A stretch of 64,000 nt of DNA from Actinomycetes bacterium (GCA_023411615.1 JAEYOR010000010.1:92797-156796), one strand, 5' to 3'; counted from the stretch's first letter, positions 9,827 to 20,530 are shown. The notes: a model not told the origin generated them from the letters alone. Made by a program: numbers and translations.

Positions 9827-11175
9827 GCCCCGCTAAGCCCCGGCCTATCCCCCGCCCCAAAGCACCGTCGCCCGCTGCGTTGGCCGGTCACGGCATGCAC
9901 CCCGTGCGCGTGCCCGTGGTGGACGAAATCACTCCCGAGCAGATCGCTGCGGCATCCGAATTCGGAGCCGTCGAGGGCGAGACCGTGGTGCTCGTTGACG
10001 GTGCCACCCGCACCGAAGTGGGTCCAGCTCTTGGTGACGAGCCGATTGCACCGTACGCAAAGGCGTTCATCGAGCTCGCCGCTTCGGTCGAGCGCTTCCA
10101 CGCGCGGCTCGTTGGCGCGGAACTCAGCCCCAAGGACATCGACGACGCACTGGCCGGCTTGAAGTCCTCGCTTGAGACGCCCGTGGTGGTCGGCAATATT
10201 GCGGCGCTCCGCGCCCGCTTCGCCGTTGTCGAGGCAGAGGCACAGGAAGTGGCGGAACGGGTTCGCGCTGAACGCGCCGCCGCCCGCGAGAAGGCCGCAT
10301 CGGCACGCGAAGAGATCGTCGCTCAGGCCGAGGCGCTTGCCGAGAAGCCCGAGCGCCAGATCCACTGGAAGAACGACACGGCGCGCATGCGCGAACTGCT
10401 CGATGAGTGGAAAGAGGCCCAGCGCTCTGGGACACGCATCGGCAAAGAGGTCGAGCGGGAGCTCTGGAAACGTTTCACCAAGGCGCGCTCCGCCTTCGAG
10501 AAGGCACGCAAGGCGCATTTCGCTCACCTTGACAAGGAGAACTCGGCAGTCGCAGCGACCAAGGAGTCTCTTGTCAACCAGGCGGAGGAATTGGCCACGT
10601 CAACTGACTGGGACCGCACGGCCCGTCAATTCAAGCAGCTGATGGACCAATGGCGAGGCGCTGGACGCGGCCGACGCGCCACAGACGACGCTCTGTGGGA
10701 TCGTTTCCAAGCGGCACAAGAGGCATTTTTCACCGCTCGCCGGGCCGAGGCCGATGCGCAAGAGGTCGAGTGGGCGGCCAATGTGCCTGCCAAGGAAGCC
10801 GCCGTGGCCGACGCCGAGGCACTGTTGCCGATCACGGACATTCGCGCAGCCAAGCGCGATCTACGCCAGATTCAGGACCGTTTTGATGCGGCAGGCGACG
10901 TGCCTCGTGCCGACGCGGCACGGTTGAGCAAGCGCATGGCCGCTGTCGAGCGCGCTGTTCGGGAAGCCGACCAGCAGGCATGGTCCTCACGCAACCCCGA
11001 GATTGAGGCCCGTGCGACGGGCGCCGCAGCGCAACTTCACGCCGCAATCGCCGACCTTGAGAAGAGCCTTGCGGACGCGACCGCCAAGGGCGACAAGCGC
11101 AAGGTCAAGGAACTCACCGAAGCGCTTGAGGCGCGCAAGGCCTGGCTCAAGCAGATCGAGGCCGTCGCCAAGTAG
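9823..11175 (+). CDS. DUF349-type repeat protein
   Basis: 450 aa, highly charged and helical, with repeated units of the DUF349 pattern (W..A....ELWKRF..A...F......). Its start overlaps the PPIase stop. Confidence 0.7.
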   Translation: MSPAKPRPIPRPKAPSPAALAGHGMHPVRVPVVDEITPEQIAAASEFGAVEGETVVLVDGATRTEVGPALGDEPIAPYAKAFIELAASVERFHARLVGAELSPKDIDDALAGLKSSLETPVVVGNIAALRARFAVVEAEAQEVAERVRAERAAAREKAASAREEIVAQAEALAEKPERQIHWKNDTARMRELLDEWKEAQRSGTRIGKEVERELWKRFTKARSAFEKARKAHFAHLDKENSAVAATKESLVNQAEELATSTDWDRTARQFKQLMDQWRGAGRGRRATDDALWDRFQAAQEAFFTARRAEADAQEVEWAANVPAKEAAVADAEALLPITDIRAAKRDLRQIQDRFDAAGDVPRADAARLSKRMAAVERAVREADQQAWSSRNPEIEARATGAAAQLHAAIADLEKSLADATAKGDKRKVKELTEALEARKAWLKQIEAVAK

Positions 11176-11253
11176 ACGCTGTCGTTGGCGGGGTTGTCCA
11201 CAGGGCGATTGCGCAACTCTGCGCGTAGCGCACTGGCGTGAGAGTGTGAACGC

Positions 11254-11874
11254 GTGATTCACGCGCCCACCGATGTCGCAGCGCCGCACTCACGGCGCGC
11301 ACGCGCTGAGTGCCGCTTTCCCGGCATCATCATCACGCCCGCACTCATTGGCGTGGGCGCATATGCGCGGCTCGTGCGCGATGGCTCTTTGCAAGAGCTC
11401 CGCGCGGGTGTGGCGGCATCGCACACTCACGCGTCACTCCCTCAGATTCGTGCGGCCTCACTTGCGCCATCGGTGCCACGTCGCGGCGCGCTGACAGGTG
11501 CGAGTGCCCTGTGGGTGCATGGCTGGCGTGCTGCGGAGCCGATGCCCGTCCCCGTCACCATTGCAGCGCGCCCCGGCGTGAGGCTGAGCGAGCCCGTTGG
11601 CACCACCGTGGCATGGCGCAATGTGACCCATGAGGCGTCGGTGACCTCCGCCTCCATGATCGCTGGAGTCGTGGTTGCACGACCATCAGCCGCGGTTGCA
11701 ATGGCGCTGAGCCACGACGCTCTTGACCATGCACTCCCCGCATCGTGGTGGGCACTTCATGCGGGCCGTGCGACAGCGCTCGATGTGGAGATGCTCTTGC
11801 CTCGTAAGGGCCCGGCAACGCGACGGGCGTGGTCCGCATGGCGTGCTCTCACGAACGCGCGAGAACAGATCTAA
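11254..11874 (+). CDS. Hypothetical protein (orphan; faint resemblance to AbiEi_4-like N-terminal domains)
   Basis: 206-aa ORF with a GTG start. By eye its third-position GC looks lower than in neighbouring core genes. I recognise no strong motif. Its stop overlaps the relA stop (CTAA). Confidence 0.45.
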   Translation: MIHAPTDVAAPHSRRARAECRFPGIIITPALIGVGAYARLVRDGSLQELRAGVAASHTHASLPQIRAASLAPSVPRRGALTGASALWVHGWRAAEPMPVPVTIAARPGVRLSEPVGTTVAWRNVTHEASVTSASMIAGVVVARPSAAVAMALSHDALDHALPASWWALHAGRATALDVEMLLPRKGPATRRAWSAWRALTNAREQI

Positions 11875-14126
11875 GACCCTTCGTCAGCGCGCCGTGCCCC
11901 GGTGACTCGACGAGCGTCGTAGACACCGTCAATACGCCGGACCGCGCTCAGTACCGCACCAAGGTGGGACGGGTCAGCCATCTCAAAAGTGAAGGCATTG
12001 AGAGCAACTCGGTCACGCGACGTCGAGACGTGAGCACCGAGAATGTTGAGGTGATGGTCAGAGAGCACCTGAACCACATCGGCGAGGAGGCGGTTCCGGT
12101 CGAGCGCCTCGACCTCAATCTGCACCATGAAGGTCGAGTCCGACGCGCCCGTCCACTGGACGTCCACCATGCGCTCTGGCTGCTGCTCAAGATGCAAGAG
12201 GTTCTCGCAGTCCGAACGGTGTATCGATACCCCTTGGCCGCGCGTGACAAAGCCCCGTATAGGGTCGCCCGGCACCGGCGTGCAGCACTTGGCCAGCTTG
12301 ACGACAACGTCGGTCATCCCCGCAACCGACACACCTGGGTCACCACGCCGTGCTGTCTGACGGGTGCCCGGGCGGGTGATCTCCGCAAGGTCCTCATCGG
12401 CACCTGCACGCCCGCCGACGGCTTCAACCATCCGGTCAACAACATCGGATGGCTGCTCTTTGTGCTCGCCGATCGCGGCGTAAAGCGAATCGACATCGTC
12501 GTAATGCATCTCCCGGGCAAGGGCCAGCAGCGTCGATTTCGACATGAGCCTTTGCATCGGCAAATGCTGACGACGAATCGCACGTGCAAGCATGTCGCGA
12601 CCCGTCTCGATCGACTCTTCGCGGCGTTCGCGGGTGAACCACTGGCGAATCTTGTTGCGCGCACGCGTTGACTGCACAAACTCAAGCCAGTCGCGCTTGG
12701 GATGGCCATTCTCATCGGACGTGGTGATGACCTCGACCGTGTCGCCGTTTTCAAGGGTCGAGTCAAGCGAGACGAGACGGCCATTGACCTTCGCCCCCAC
12801 TGTCTTGTGCCCCACCTCCGTGTGAACCGCATACGCGAAGTCCACGGGTGTCGCGCCCTGTGGCAACGCGAGCAGTTTGCCGCGTGGGGTGAAGACGTAC
12901 ACCTCGGCGCGCGAGATCTCGCCGCGTAAGGAATCGAGAAAATCGCTAGGGTCGGCCGTCTCTTGCTGCCAGTCAGCAATCTGGCGCAACCATCCCATGT
13001 CGCTTGCGACAGCGGGGACCTTCTCGCCCTTCGCGTTCTCCTTGTAACGCCAATGCGCGGCGAGGCCATACTCAGCACGTCGGTGCATGTCCCACGTGCG
13101 AATCTGGAGTTCGATCGGTTTGCCTTGCGGCCCGATCACCGTGGTGTGCAGCGACTGGTACAGATTGAACTTGGGCATCGCGATGTAGTCCTTGAACCGG
13201 CCTGGAACCGGCTGGAACATCGAGTGCATCTCACCCAGCACCGCGTAACAGTCACGAACCGACTCGACGAGAATGCGGATGCCAACGAGGTCGTAGATGT
13301 CATTGAGATCACGGCCACGCACGATCATCTTTTGGTAGACCGAGTAATAGTGCTTCGGTCTGCCCGTGATCTCAGCCTTGATCTTCTTCGCCTTGAGGAC
13401 GCTCGCGATACGAGATCGAACCTCGGCAAGGTCCTTCTCGCGCTCGGGCGCGCGCTCCGCCACCACCTCGACAATCTCTTGGTAGATCTTGGGATACAGC
13501 GTCTTGAAAGACAGATCTTCGAGTTCCCACTTGATCGCGTTGAGACCCATCCGGTGCGCGAGCGGCGCGTAGATCTCAAGCGTCTCCTGCGCCTTGCGAC
13601 GGGCCGACGCCGGACTCACGTGCTCCCATGTACGGGCGTTGTGAAGGCGGTCAGCAAGTTTGAGGAGCAAGACGCGGATGTCTCGCGCCATCGCGACGAC
13701 GAGTTTGCGCACCGTCTCGGCCTGGGCGGCTTCGCCAAACTTCAATTTGTCGAGCTTCGTCACGCCGTCGACAAAGGAGGCGACTTCATCTCCGAACTCA
13801 ACGCGGACCTGCTCAAGGGGAAAACTCGTGTCCTCCACAACGTCGTGAAGCAACGCCGCCGCGATCACCGTGTCGGGAAGGCCCAAACCAGCAATAATCT
13901 CGGCCACGGCGATGGGGTGAGTGATGTACGGCTCACCGCTTTGACGCAACTGCCCCTCGTGCGCTTGCTCTGCAACAGCATGGGCGCGCTCGATGAGCCC
14001 CACTTTGGCGCGGGGATACATGCGGCGATAGATCTCAAGCAGCGATGAGATTGCGGCCGGCTCTTGAGCGTGACGGCGCAACGCAAACTTCCGCCCAGCG
14101 GAGGTCTGTGCCTTGGTGTCCGTCAC
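11871..14126 (-). CDS. relA: Bifunctional (p)ppGpp synthetase/hydrolase (RelA/SpoT homologue)
   Basis: 751 aa with an HD hydrolase domain (YITHPIAVAEI...LLHDVVEDT), a synthetase domain (YQSLHTTV), and TGS and ACT regions. Confidence 0.95.
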   Translation of the reverse strand: MTDTKAQTSAGRKFALRRHAQEPAAISSLLEIYRRMYPRAKVGLIERAHAVAEQAHEGQLRQSGEPYITHPIAVAEIIAGLGLPDTVIAAALLHDVVEDTSFPLEQVRVEFGDEVASFVDGVTKLDKLKFGEAAQAETVRKLVVAMARDIRVLLLKLADRLHNARTWEHVSPASARRKAQETLEIYAPLAHRMGLNAIKWELEDLSFKTLYPKIYQEIVEVVAERAPEREKDLAEVRSRIASVLKAKKIKAEITGRPKHYYSVYQKMIVRGRDLNDIYDLVGIRILVESVRDCYAVLGEMHSMFQPVPGRFKDYIAMPKFNLYQSLHTTVIGPQGKPIELQIRTWDMHRRAEYGLAAHWRYKENAKGEKVPAVASDMGWLRQIADWQQETADPSDFLDSLRGEISRAEVYVFTPRGKLLALPQGATPVDFAYAVHTEVGHKTVGAKVNGRLVSLDSTLENGDTVEVITTSDENGHPKRDWLEFVQSTRARNKIRQWFTRERREESIETGRDMLARAIRRQHLPMQRLMSKSTLLALAREMHYDDVDSLYAAIGEHKEQPSDVVDRMVEAVGGRAGADEDLAEITRPGTRQTARRGDPGVSVAGMTDVVVKLAKCCTPVPGDPIRGFVTRGQGVSIHRSDCENLLHLEQQPERMVDVQWTGASDSTFMVQIEVEALDRNRLLADVVQVLSDHHLNILGAHVSTSRDRVALNAFTFEMADPSHLGAVLSAVRRIDGVYDARRVTGARRADEGS

Positions 14127-14162
14127 AGTGGCCTCCGATCCGAAAAAGGGGTGAAAACCAGT

Positions 14163-15242
14163 CTACTTGCGCCGTTTACGCCGCGGTTGCGCCGCGGTTC
14201 CCTGGTGGTGACCCGGCTGCAATGCGCCGACGCGCACGGTGCCATCCTCGCGCACCACATCCGATGTGCCGCCCTCGCGGGCACGCTGGACCTCCGCGTT
14301 GTGCTTGATGATCTGCGGCTCACGCTGACGAAGGACCACCTCAAGCGGCGTCGCCACGAAGATGGAGGAGAACGTTCCCACCGCCATCCCGACAAAGAGC
14401 GCAAGCGAAATGTCCTGGAGGGTGCCGGCACCGAGCATGTACGACCCGATGAACAAGATCGCGGCTACCGGCAAGAGTGCGACAACAGACGTGTTGATCG
14501 AGCGCACCAGGGTCTGATTGACGGCAAGGTTGGCCAGTTCCGCGTACGTGTACCGGTGCTGCGTCGTCAGTTCGTGTGTGTTCTCCTTCACCTTGTCAAA
14601 GACCACCACGGTGTCATAAAGCGAGTAGCCGAGGATGGTGAGGAAGCCGATGACGGACGCGGGCGTCACCTCGAAGCCAACGAGGGCGTAAACACCAACG
14701 GTGAAGACAAGGTCGTGGAGGAGCGCGACGAGAGCCGCCACCGCCATGCGCCATGCGCGGAAGTAGACGGTGAGTACGAGTGTGACAAGGAGCATGAAGA
14801 CTACGAGCCCCTGGATCGCCTTGTTGGAGACGTCCTTGCTCCAGGTGGGGCCAATGAAGCTTGAACTCACATCTGCGGGCGCGATGCCGTAGGCCTCGGC
14901 GAGCTTCTCGCGTAGGTCAAGAATGTCCGCTTGCTCGAGCTGGCCGAGTTGAACGCGGACACTGTCCCCGCCGACAACGACAATGCGGGGTTCTTCAGCG
15001 GGAAGCTCGTTTGCGATGACATCGCGCGCAATCGTCGTATCAACGTTCGGCACTTCCGAGAGCGTGTACTCCGTCCCGCCACGGAAGTCGATGCCTGGGT
15101 TGAGTCCCTTGACGAGCAGGATGCCAATGCAGATGGCGACAATGCCGAGGCTGACAAGGAGCCACCGCTTGCGCTGCTGCACGATCGGGTACGAGGTCTC
15201 CCCTGAGTGAAGGCGATTACCCCAGTCTGAAATGCCAGCCAT
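14163..15242 (-). CDS. secF: Protein translocase subunit SecF
   Basis: 359 aa with a SecF-type TM core (GIDFRGGTE..., LGYSLYDTVVVFDKV). Confidence 0.92.
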   Translation of the reverse strand: MAGISDWGNRLHSGETSYPIVQQRKRWLLVSLGIVAICIGILLVKGLNPGIDFRGGTEYTLSEVPNVDTTIARDVIANELPAEEPRIVVVGGDSVRVQLGQLEQADILDLREKLAEAYGIAPADVSSSFIGPTWSKDVSNKAIQGLVVFMLLVTLVLTVYFRAWRMAVAALVALLHDLVFTVGVYALVGFEVTPASVIGFLTILGYSLYDTVVVFDKVKENTHELTTQHRYTYAELANLAVNQTLVRSINTSVVALLPVAAILFIGSYMLGAGTLQDISLALFVGMAVGTFSSIFVATPLEVVLRQREPQIIKHNAEVQRAREGGTSDVVREDGTVRVGALQPGHHQGTAAQPRRKRRK

Positions 15243-15244
15243 GG

Positions 15245-17071
15245 CTACTCCTTCTCCTCTGTCGCTACAGCGGTGGCGACGTCGGACTGAGCGCGCTCTT
15301 TTCTTTGAGCCGCTTTTCTCTCAGCCAGGGTGAGACCTGGCGCTGCTGGCACATTCTGCTTCGCCGGTACGCCCGTTTGCGTGGCGACCCTGCCACGACC
15401 CTTGTACATCGTGTCGCGTCCCAACTGGCGGGGATCGAGGCCCGAGAATCGGTGGCCTTCCCCAAAGAACTTGGTGCGAGCGAGGAGCACAAGTGTGGGG
15501 TGAGTGAACAAGATGACGACGATGAGGTCGACGATCGTCGTCAGTCCCAAGGTGAATGCGAAGCCTCGCACCGACCCCACCGCGAGCCAGTACAGAATCG
15601 CCGCAGCAAGGAAGCTGACGACGTCCGAGATGATGATTGTTCGCTTGGCACGGCTCCAGCCATGCTCCACGGCGGATTGGAGAGAGCGCCCGTCCCGCAG
15701 CTCGTCTTTCACCCGTTCGAAGTACACGATGAACGAGTCAGCGGTGATGCCGATTGCAACAATCAGGCCGGCGACACCCGCGAGAGACAGTCGATAGCCG
15801 AGTCCCCAAGACAAGAGCGCGATGAAGCCGTATGTCACTCCACCCGCGATGAGAAGTGAGCCCACCGTGACCGCGCCAAGCGCGCGGTACTGGAACATCG
15901 AGTAGATGACGACGAGCACAAGGCCGATTGCGCCGGCGATGAGGCCGTTGCGCAGTTCGTCAGCACCCTTGGTTGCTGAGATGTGATCGTCGGTCAGCAC
16001 GTCGAGAGTAAGTGGGATCGCACCAAACTTCAGTTGGTTGGCGAGTTGCTCTGCTTCCTTCAACGTGAAGTCGCCAGTGATTTGCGCCTTGCCACCTGGA
16101 ATCGGTGTGGTCACCTGGGGATGGGTGATGACGACGCCGTCAAGGAGGATGCCGAATTGGTTGCGTGGGCTGGGCGTCTGCGACAAACGTTCGGTCACGG
16201 CACGGAACTTGTCTCCACCGCCATCGGTGAGGTCGAGGCGCACCTCAAAACCACCGGTAGCAGCGCCGGTCTGTGGGTTGAGCGTGGGCCCCGCTGCCGC
16301 CGTCGACACGTCCTCACCCGTCAGCTCAACGGGACCAAGAATCAGCTTGGCCGCACCGTCGGCGCGGCACGCCACAAGAGCCTTGTCCCGCTCGCCGAGT
16401 TCCCCATTTGTCAGGTTCTCGGGGTTGGTGCAGTCAAGTGCCGCGAACTGTGCGTCAACTTCCTCGGTGATCCATGCGGGATCCGAGGGGTTCGTGGGAG
16501 TGGGCCGGTCGGCTCCGTCGGCGTCCGTCTCCCCCGTGGGTGGCCCCGCCTGGGTCGGCAGCGGAGTGCCGACATAGAGCACCGGGCGGAACTGCAACTG
16601 AGCCGACTTGCGGACAAGATCGAGGGTTGCCTCGTCGGGCTCGCCAGGAAGGCCGACGACGATGTTGCGATCGCCTTGAGTGGAGATCTCGGCCTCAGCC
16701 GTGCCGGATGCGTCCACGCGTTTGCGGATGATCTCGACAGCCTGCTTGAGATCGTTCGAATCGATGTCCGAGCCATCGATCGAGCGAGCCTGCATGATGA
16801 TCTGGCGACCGCCTGCAAGGTCAAGGGCGAGGCCCGGGGTGATCTCGGTCTTGTCGGTGGCAACGCCAAAACCCAACAGGCCGTAGATGATCACAAGGAT
16901 CCACAACAGGCCGGCCAAGGTCCTTCGGGCGCCTCTGGCAGCTGACGACACGCTTTCCCTACGCTTTCCATGCGGGTGTGGCTCCCGCGCGGAGCGGGGC
17001 CCCCGCGATTCTAGTTGCACCGTCGAGGGTGAGTCGAACCGCCCCGCGCGGCGCGGCCCGTTAGCCCTCAA
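15245..17071 (-). CDS. secD: Protein translocase subunit SecD (start uncertain)
   Basis: SecD periplasmic and TM domains are present (LDLAGG..., [19 protein letters not shown]). The ATG at 17071 overlaps ruvB and adds an Arg/Pro-rich 40-aa N-terminus. An in-frame GTG at 16951, just before the first TM segment, is an alternative start. Confidence 0.9.
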   Translation of the reverse strand: MRANGPRRAGRFDSPSTVQLESRGPRSAREPHPHGKRRESVSSAARGARRTLAGLLWILVIIYGLLGFGVATDKTEITPGLALDLAGGRQIIMQARSIDGSDIDSNDLKQAVEIIRKRVDASGTAEAEISTQGDRNIVVGLPGEPDEATLDLVRKSAQLQFRPVLYVGTPLPTQAGPPTGETDADGADRPTPTNPSDPAWITEEVDAQFAALDCTNPENLTNGELGERDKALVACRADGAAKLILGPVELTGEDVSTAAAGPTLNPQTGAATGGFEVRLDLTDGGGDKFRAVTERLSQTPSPRNQFGILLDGVVITHPQVTTPIPGGKAQITGDFTLKEAEQLANQLKFGAIPLTLDVLTDDHISATKGADELRNGLIAGAIGLVLVVIYSMFQYRALGAVTVGSLLIAGGVTYGFIALLSWGLGYRLSLAGVAGLIVAIGITADSFIVYFERVKDELRDGRSLQSAVEHGWSRAKRTIIISDVVSFLAAAILYWLAVGSVRGFAFTLGLTTIVDLIVVILFTHPTLVLLARTKFFGEGHRFSGLDPRQLGRDTMYKGRGRVATQTGVPAKQNVPAAPGLTLAERKAAQRKERAQSDVATAVATEEKE

Positions 17072-18140
17072 ACAAACGCGTCACAGCGTCTGACGCGCCG
17101 GACGTGCCGCGGCCATTCTGTGCGCGCTCGATCCCCAGATGCTCCCAAGCTGCGTCGGTGGCCACGCGCCCGCGTGGCGTCCGAGCCATGAGGCCCTCAC
17201 GCACAAGGAATGGCTCGGCGACCTCCTCAACAGTCTGCGGCTCTTCGCCCACGGACACTGCGAGTGTGCTGAGCCCAACGGGTCCTCCGCCAAAGCGCTG
17301 ACACAAGGCACCAAGGACAGCTCGGTCGAGACGATCAAGCCCACGCAAATCGACCTCGTAGACCTCAAGCGCCGCACGAGCAGCGGTCAGATCGCCGCGT
17401 CCGCTCCCATGTACCTCAGCCCAGTCGCGCACGCGCCGCAAGAGCCTGTTAGCGATACGCGGTGTACCGCGAGAGCGTGTCGCGATCTCAGCGCCGGCGT
17501 CGGCATCAAGAGAAAACTCAAGCAAACCGGCTGACCTTGTGACGATGGTCGCAAGATCGTCCGCCTCATAGAAGTCCAAGTGAGCGGTGAAGCCAAACCG
17601 ATCCCTCAATGGTGCGGGGAGGAGGCCAGCGCGAGTTGTCGCACCGACAACGGTGAACGGCGGCAACGTGAGAGGAATCGATGCGGCCCCCGGGCCCTTG
17701 CCGACAACGACGTCGACCCGGTAGTCCTCCATCGCAAGGTAGAGCATCTCCTCCACTGGCCGAGCGAGGCGGTGAATCTCGTCAACAAAGAGGACGTCGC
17801 CGTCGTCAAGAGACGACAAGATTGCCGCGAGATCGCCAGCATGCTGAATCGCCGGTCCTGACGTCACGCGCAGCGAGGCACCAAGTTCGCCAGCGACGAT
17901 CATGGCAAGCGTGGTCTTGCCGAGCCCTGGCGGTCCCGAGAGCAGGATGTGGTCGGCGCTACCCCCTCGCCGCGTCGCGGCCCTCAGCACAAGAGCTAAT
18001 TGATCCCGGACCACTGCTTGCCCAACGAACTCATCGAGTGATCGCGGGCGCAAAGCCGCCTCCGCCGAACGCTCAATGGCGTCGGCGTCGGCCCCGACCA
18101 CGCGTGACATGCTCGCGGCCTCGACGTCCTCGTCAGCCAC
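17061..18140 (-). CDS. ruvB: Holliday junction branch migration helicase RuvB
   Basis: 359 aa with [12 protein letters not shown], the Walker A motif [11 protein letters not shown], and [10 protein letters not shown]. Confidence 0.95.
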   Translation of the reverse strand: MADEDVEAASMSRVVGADADAIERSAEAALRPRSLDEFVGQAVVRDQLALVLRAATRRGGSADHILLSGPPGLGKTTLAMIVAGELGASLRVTSGPAIQHAGDLAAILSSLDDGDVLFVDEIHRLARPVEEMLYLAMEDYRVDVVVGKGPGAASIPLTLPPFTVVGATTRAGLLPAPLRDRFGFTAHLDFYEADDLATIVTRSAGLLEFSLDADAGAEIATRSRGTPRIANRLLRRVRDWAEVHGSGRGDLTAARAALEVYEVDLRGLDRLDRAVLGALCQRFGGGPVGLSTLAVSVGEEPQTVEEVAEPFLVREGLMARTPRGRVATDAAWEHLGIERAQNGRGTSGASDAVTRLFEG

Positions 18141-18729
18141 GACCGCCCCCTAGTGACTGCAAGGCGGCACGCAAAGTCGCCGCAACGTCGGCTTCCATGA
18201 TTGGACCTTCCGCCACGCTGTCGACCGCTGCGGCCGCTTGCTTAGCGCTCCAGCCCAGGCTTTCAAGTGCCGCTGTGACGTGATCGCGCGCATCGGCGGC
18301 CATAGCAGCGCCCCCCGTAGCGCCTTCCGGCAATGCCAACTTGCCGCCGAGCTCAAGGAGCAAGCGCGCCGCCACCTTGGCTCCCACACCCGGCACCCGT
18401 TGAAGTGCCTTTTGGTCCCCGGCACTAATCGCCTCGACAAGGGAGGAGGGAGCGTGGACAGCGAGCAGTGCGAGTGCCAATCGCGGTCCAACCCCTTGCA
18501 CAGACTGGAGGGTTTCAAACATGTCACGCTCATGGTGGCTTTCAAAGCCGTACAACGTCATTGAGTCCTCGCGGACCACGAGGTGGGTTGCGAGAGAAGC
18601 CTGCTGGTGGGGACGCACGCCTGCGAGCGTTGATGGCGTCGCGAGCACGCGATAGCCGACTCCGGCCACGTCAAGCACCAGGAAAGAGGCGCTGACGCTC
18701 AGCACGGTTCCCGTGAGTTGTGCGATCAC
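18133..18729 (-). CDS. ruvA: Holliday junction DNA-binding protein RuvA
   Basis: The GTG at 18729 gives (M)[27 protein letters not shown], the canonical RuvA N-terminus. It also has the HhH motifs ([24 protein letters not shown]). The longer tracked ORF is an upstream read-through. Confidence 0.9.
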   Translation of the reverse strand: MIAQLTGTVLSVSASFLVLDVAGVGYRVLATPSTLAGVRPHQQASLATHLVVREDSMTLYGFESHHERDMFETLQSVQGVGPRLALALLAVHAPSSLVEAISAGDQKALQRVPGVGAKVAARLLLELGGKLALPEGATGGAAMAADARDHVTAALESLGWSAKQAAAAVDSVAEGPIMEADVAATLRAALQSLGGGRG

Positions 18730-18778
18730 TCCTGGCCTCTCGAACGTGTGTACGAACAGCCTAGGTGAGGGTGCCGCG

Positions 18779-19333
18779 CTAGCCGCGACGGCGCGCCGCA
18801 CGTTCCGCGGCCGCCCACGCGGATTGCGCAGCGGTCGGCTGACCGCCCGAGGGTGCGCGCACGCCGCCTCGCAATGCGTGGGTGATGGCGATCGCCAAAG
18901 CGTCTGTAGCGTCAGCCGGAGTGGGCGGCGCGTCAAGCCCAAGCAAGGTGGCCACCATGTACCCCACTTGACGCTTCTCGGCGCGGCCGTGCCCCGTCAC
19001 CGCCGCCTTCACCTCGGACGGCGTGTATGTGACAACCGGAAGCCCCCGTCGCTGCGCCGCCACCATGACAAGCCCCGAGACTTGCCCCGTCCCCATGACC
19101 GTTCGGACGTTGTGCTGGGCGAAGACTCGCTCCACCGCAACGGCGTCAGGCCTGAACGTATCGAGTGCCGCGTCGACAGCATCGGCAATGGTGGCGAGAC
19201 GAATCGGGACGTCGTCATCGGGTGACGACGTCGCCACCAACACGTCGACGAGTCGAAGGCGACGCGGGCCCGGCGCATCGATGACGCCAATGCCACACCG
19301 TGTCAGCCCTGGGTCAACGCCGAGGACGCGCAT
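18779..19333 (-). CDS. ruvC: Crossover junction endodeoxyribonuclease RuvC
   Basis: 184 aa starting MRVLGVDPGLTRCGIGVID, the RuvC N-terminal catalytic-Asp motif. Confidence 0.93.
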   Translation of the reverse strand: MRVLGVDPGLTRCGIGVIDAPGPRRLRLVDVLVATSSPDDDVPIRLATIADAVDAALDTFRPDAVAVERVFAQHNVRTVMGTGQVSGLVMVAAQRRGLPVVTYTPSEVKAAVTGHGRAEKRQVGYMVATLLGLDAPPTPADATDALAIAITHALRGGVRAPSGGQPTAAQSAWAAAERAARRRG

Positions 19334-19342
19334 CGCGATTGA

Positions 19343-20095
19343 CTACTCGCTCGCCGCCGCGAGCACCTCATCCGAGGCGTCGAAATTGGCGAAGACGTTC
19401 TGAACGTCATCGCAGTCCTCGAGAGCGTCGATGAGGCGGAGCATCTTGCGCGCGCCGTCAACATCGAGCTCGACCTTCATCGACGGCACCCACGTGGCCT
19501 CGGCCGATTCATAGTCGATGTTGGCCTCTTGCAGCGCGGTGCGCACAGTGACAAAGTCGCTCGCCTCTGACAGCACTTCCCATACGTCGCCGAGGTCCTC
19601 GATTTCCTCCGCACCGGCCTCGAGTGCCGCCTCCATGATGGCGTCCTCATCCGCCGCGTCTTTGGCGACGATCACCTGACCCTTGCGGCTGAAAAGGTAA
19701 GCAACCGATCCGGGGTCCGCCAGGGTGCCGTTATTGCGGGTGAGCGCCGTGCGGACTTCCATGGCTGCGCGGTTGCGGTTGTCGGTCAAACACTCAATGA
19801 GCATCGCAACTCCGCCGGGACCGTAACCCTCATACATGATCGTTTCGTACTCGCTGCCGCCTGCCTCGAGACCCGAGCCACGCTTGACAGCACGATCGAT
19901 GTTGTCGTTTGGAACCGATGACTTCTTCGCCTTTTGGATCGCATCGAACAACGTGGGATTTCCAGCGGGATCGCCGCCACCCACGCGCGCCGCAACCTCG
20001 ACGTTCTTGATGAGTTTGGCGAACAGCTTGCCGCGCTTCGCGTCAATGACCGCCTTCTTGTGCTTTGTCGTAGCCCACTTAGAGTGACCGGACAC
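19343..20095 (-). CDS. YebC/PmpR-family DNA-binding transcriptional regulator
   Basis: 250 aa starting [30 protein letters not shown], the invariant YebC N-terminus. Confidence 0.93.
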   Translation of the reverse strand: MSGHSKWATTKHKKAVIDAKRGKLFAKLIKNVEVAARVGGGDPAGNPTLFDAIQKAKKSSVPNDNIDRAVKRGSGLEAGGSEYETIMYEGYGPGGVAMLIECLTDNRNRAAMEVRTALTRNNGTLADPGSVAYLFSRKGQVIVAKDAADEDAIMEAALEAGAEEIEDLGDVWEVLSEASDFVTVRTALQEANIDYESAEATWVPSMKVELDVDGARKMLRLIDALEDCDDVQNVFANFDASDEVLAAASE

Positions 20096-20155
20096 AATGC
20101 TCCTTGCCCTTGGAAGATTCGCCCCTCAGTGTATGCGCGCGTGTGTACGCGCACC

Positions 20156-20530
20156 TCACCCGAGGCGAGAAAGTGCCGCCAAAGCCGCGATCCCGATGAG
20201 CGCCGCCCACACGAAGCTTGCGAGCGTGCCGACGATGAATCGCTCAGATGCGGCGCTCGAGTCCTCGCCTGTTCGCCCGCGCAACTCCGGGTAACGTCCA
20301 AGGCCCTTGATGGCGATGACAACAGCCACCGCCTCGGGATATCCGCTCACCAAAGCGCCCGTGATGGCGAGCCTTTCGAGGATGCCAATCCAGCGCCCAC
20401 CTCGCAGAAGACCATGCGCGGCAACCTCAGGTCCTACCCATCTCAATAGAGCACCAATGGCCCAGATGCCAACGCCAGTGGACAGCGCCAGCGCACCCAG
20501 GACGACAAGGACGCTCCAGAACACCGTCAT
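20156..20530 (-). CDS. Small integral membrane protein (about 3 TM segments)
   Basis: 124 aa, hydrophobic. Its start overlaps the stop of the upstream HTH gene by 1 nt. I recall that SatD-like genes have a small membrane partner (DUF3307-like), but this is unverified. Confidence 0.6.
   Translation of the reverse strand: MTVFWSVLVVLGALALSTGVGIWAIGALLRWVGPEVAAHGLLRGGRWIGILERLAITGALVSGYPEAVAVVIAIKGLGRYPELRGRTGEDSSAASERFIVGTLASFVWAALIGIAALAALSRLG

Noticed and set aside
12963-14048. 361-aa plus-strand ORF inside relA
   Set aside because: It is antisense to a fully conserved RelA/SpoT sequence. Its composition is Leu/Arg/Val-rich and low-information, a mirror-frame artefact.
15983-16945. 320-aa plus-strand ORF inside secD
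   Set aside because: It is antisense to SecD and has no motifs. It is the same high-GC artefact.
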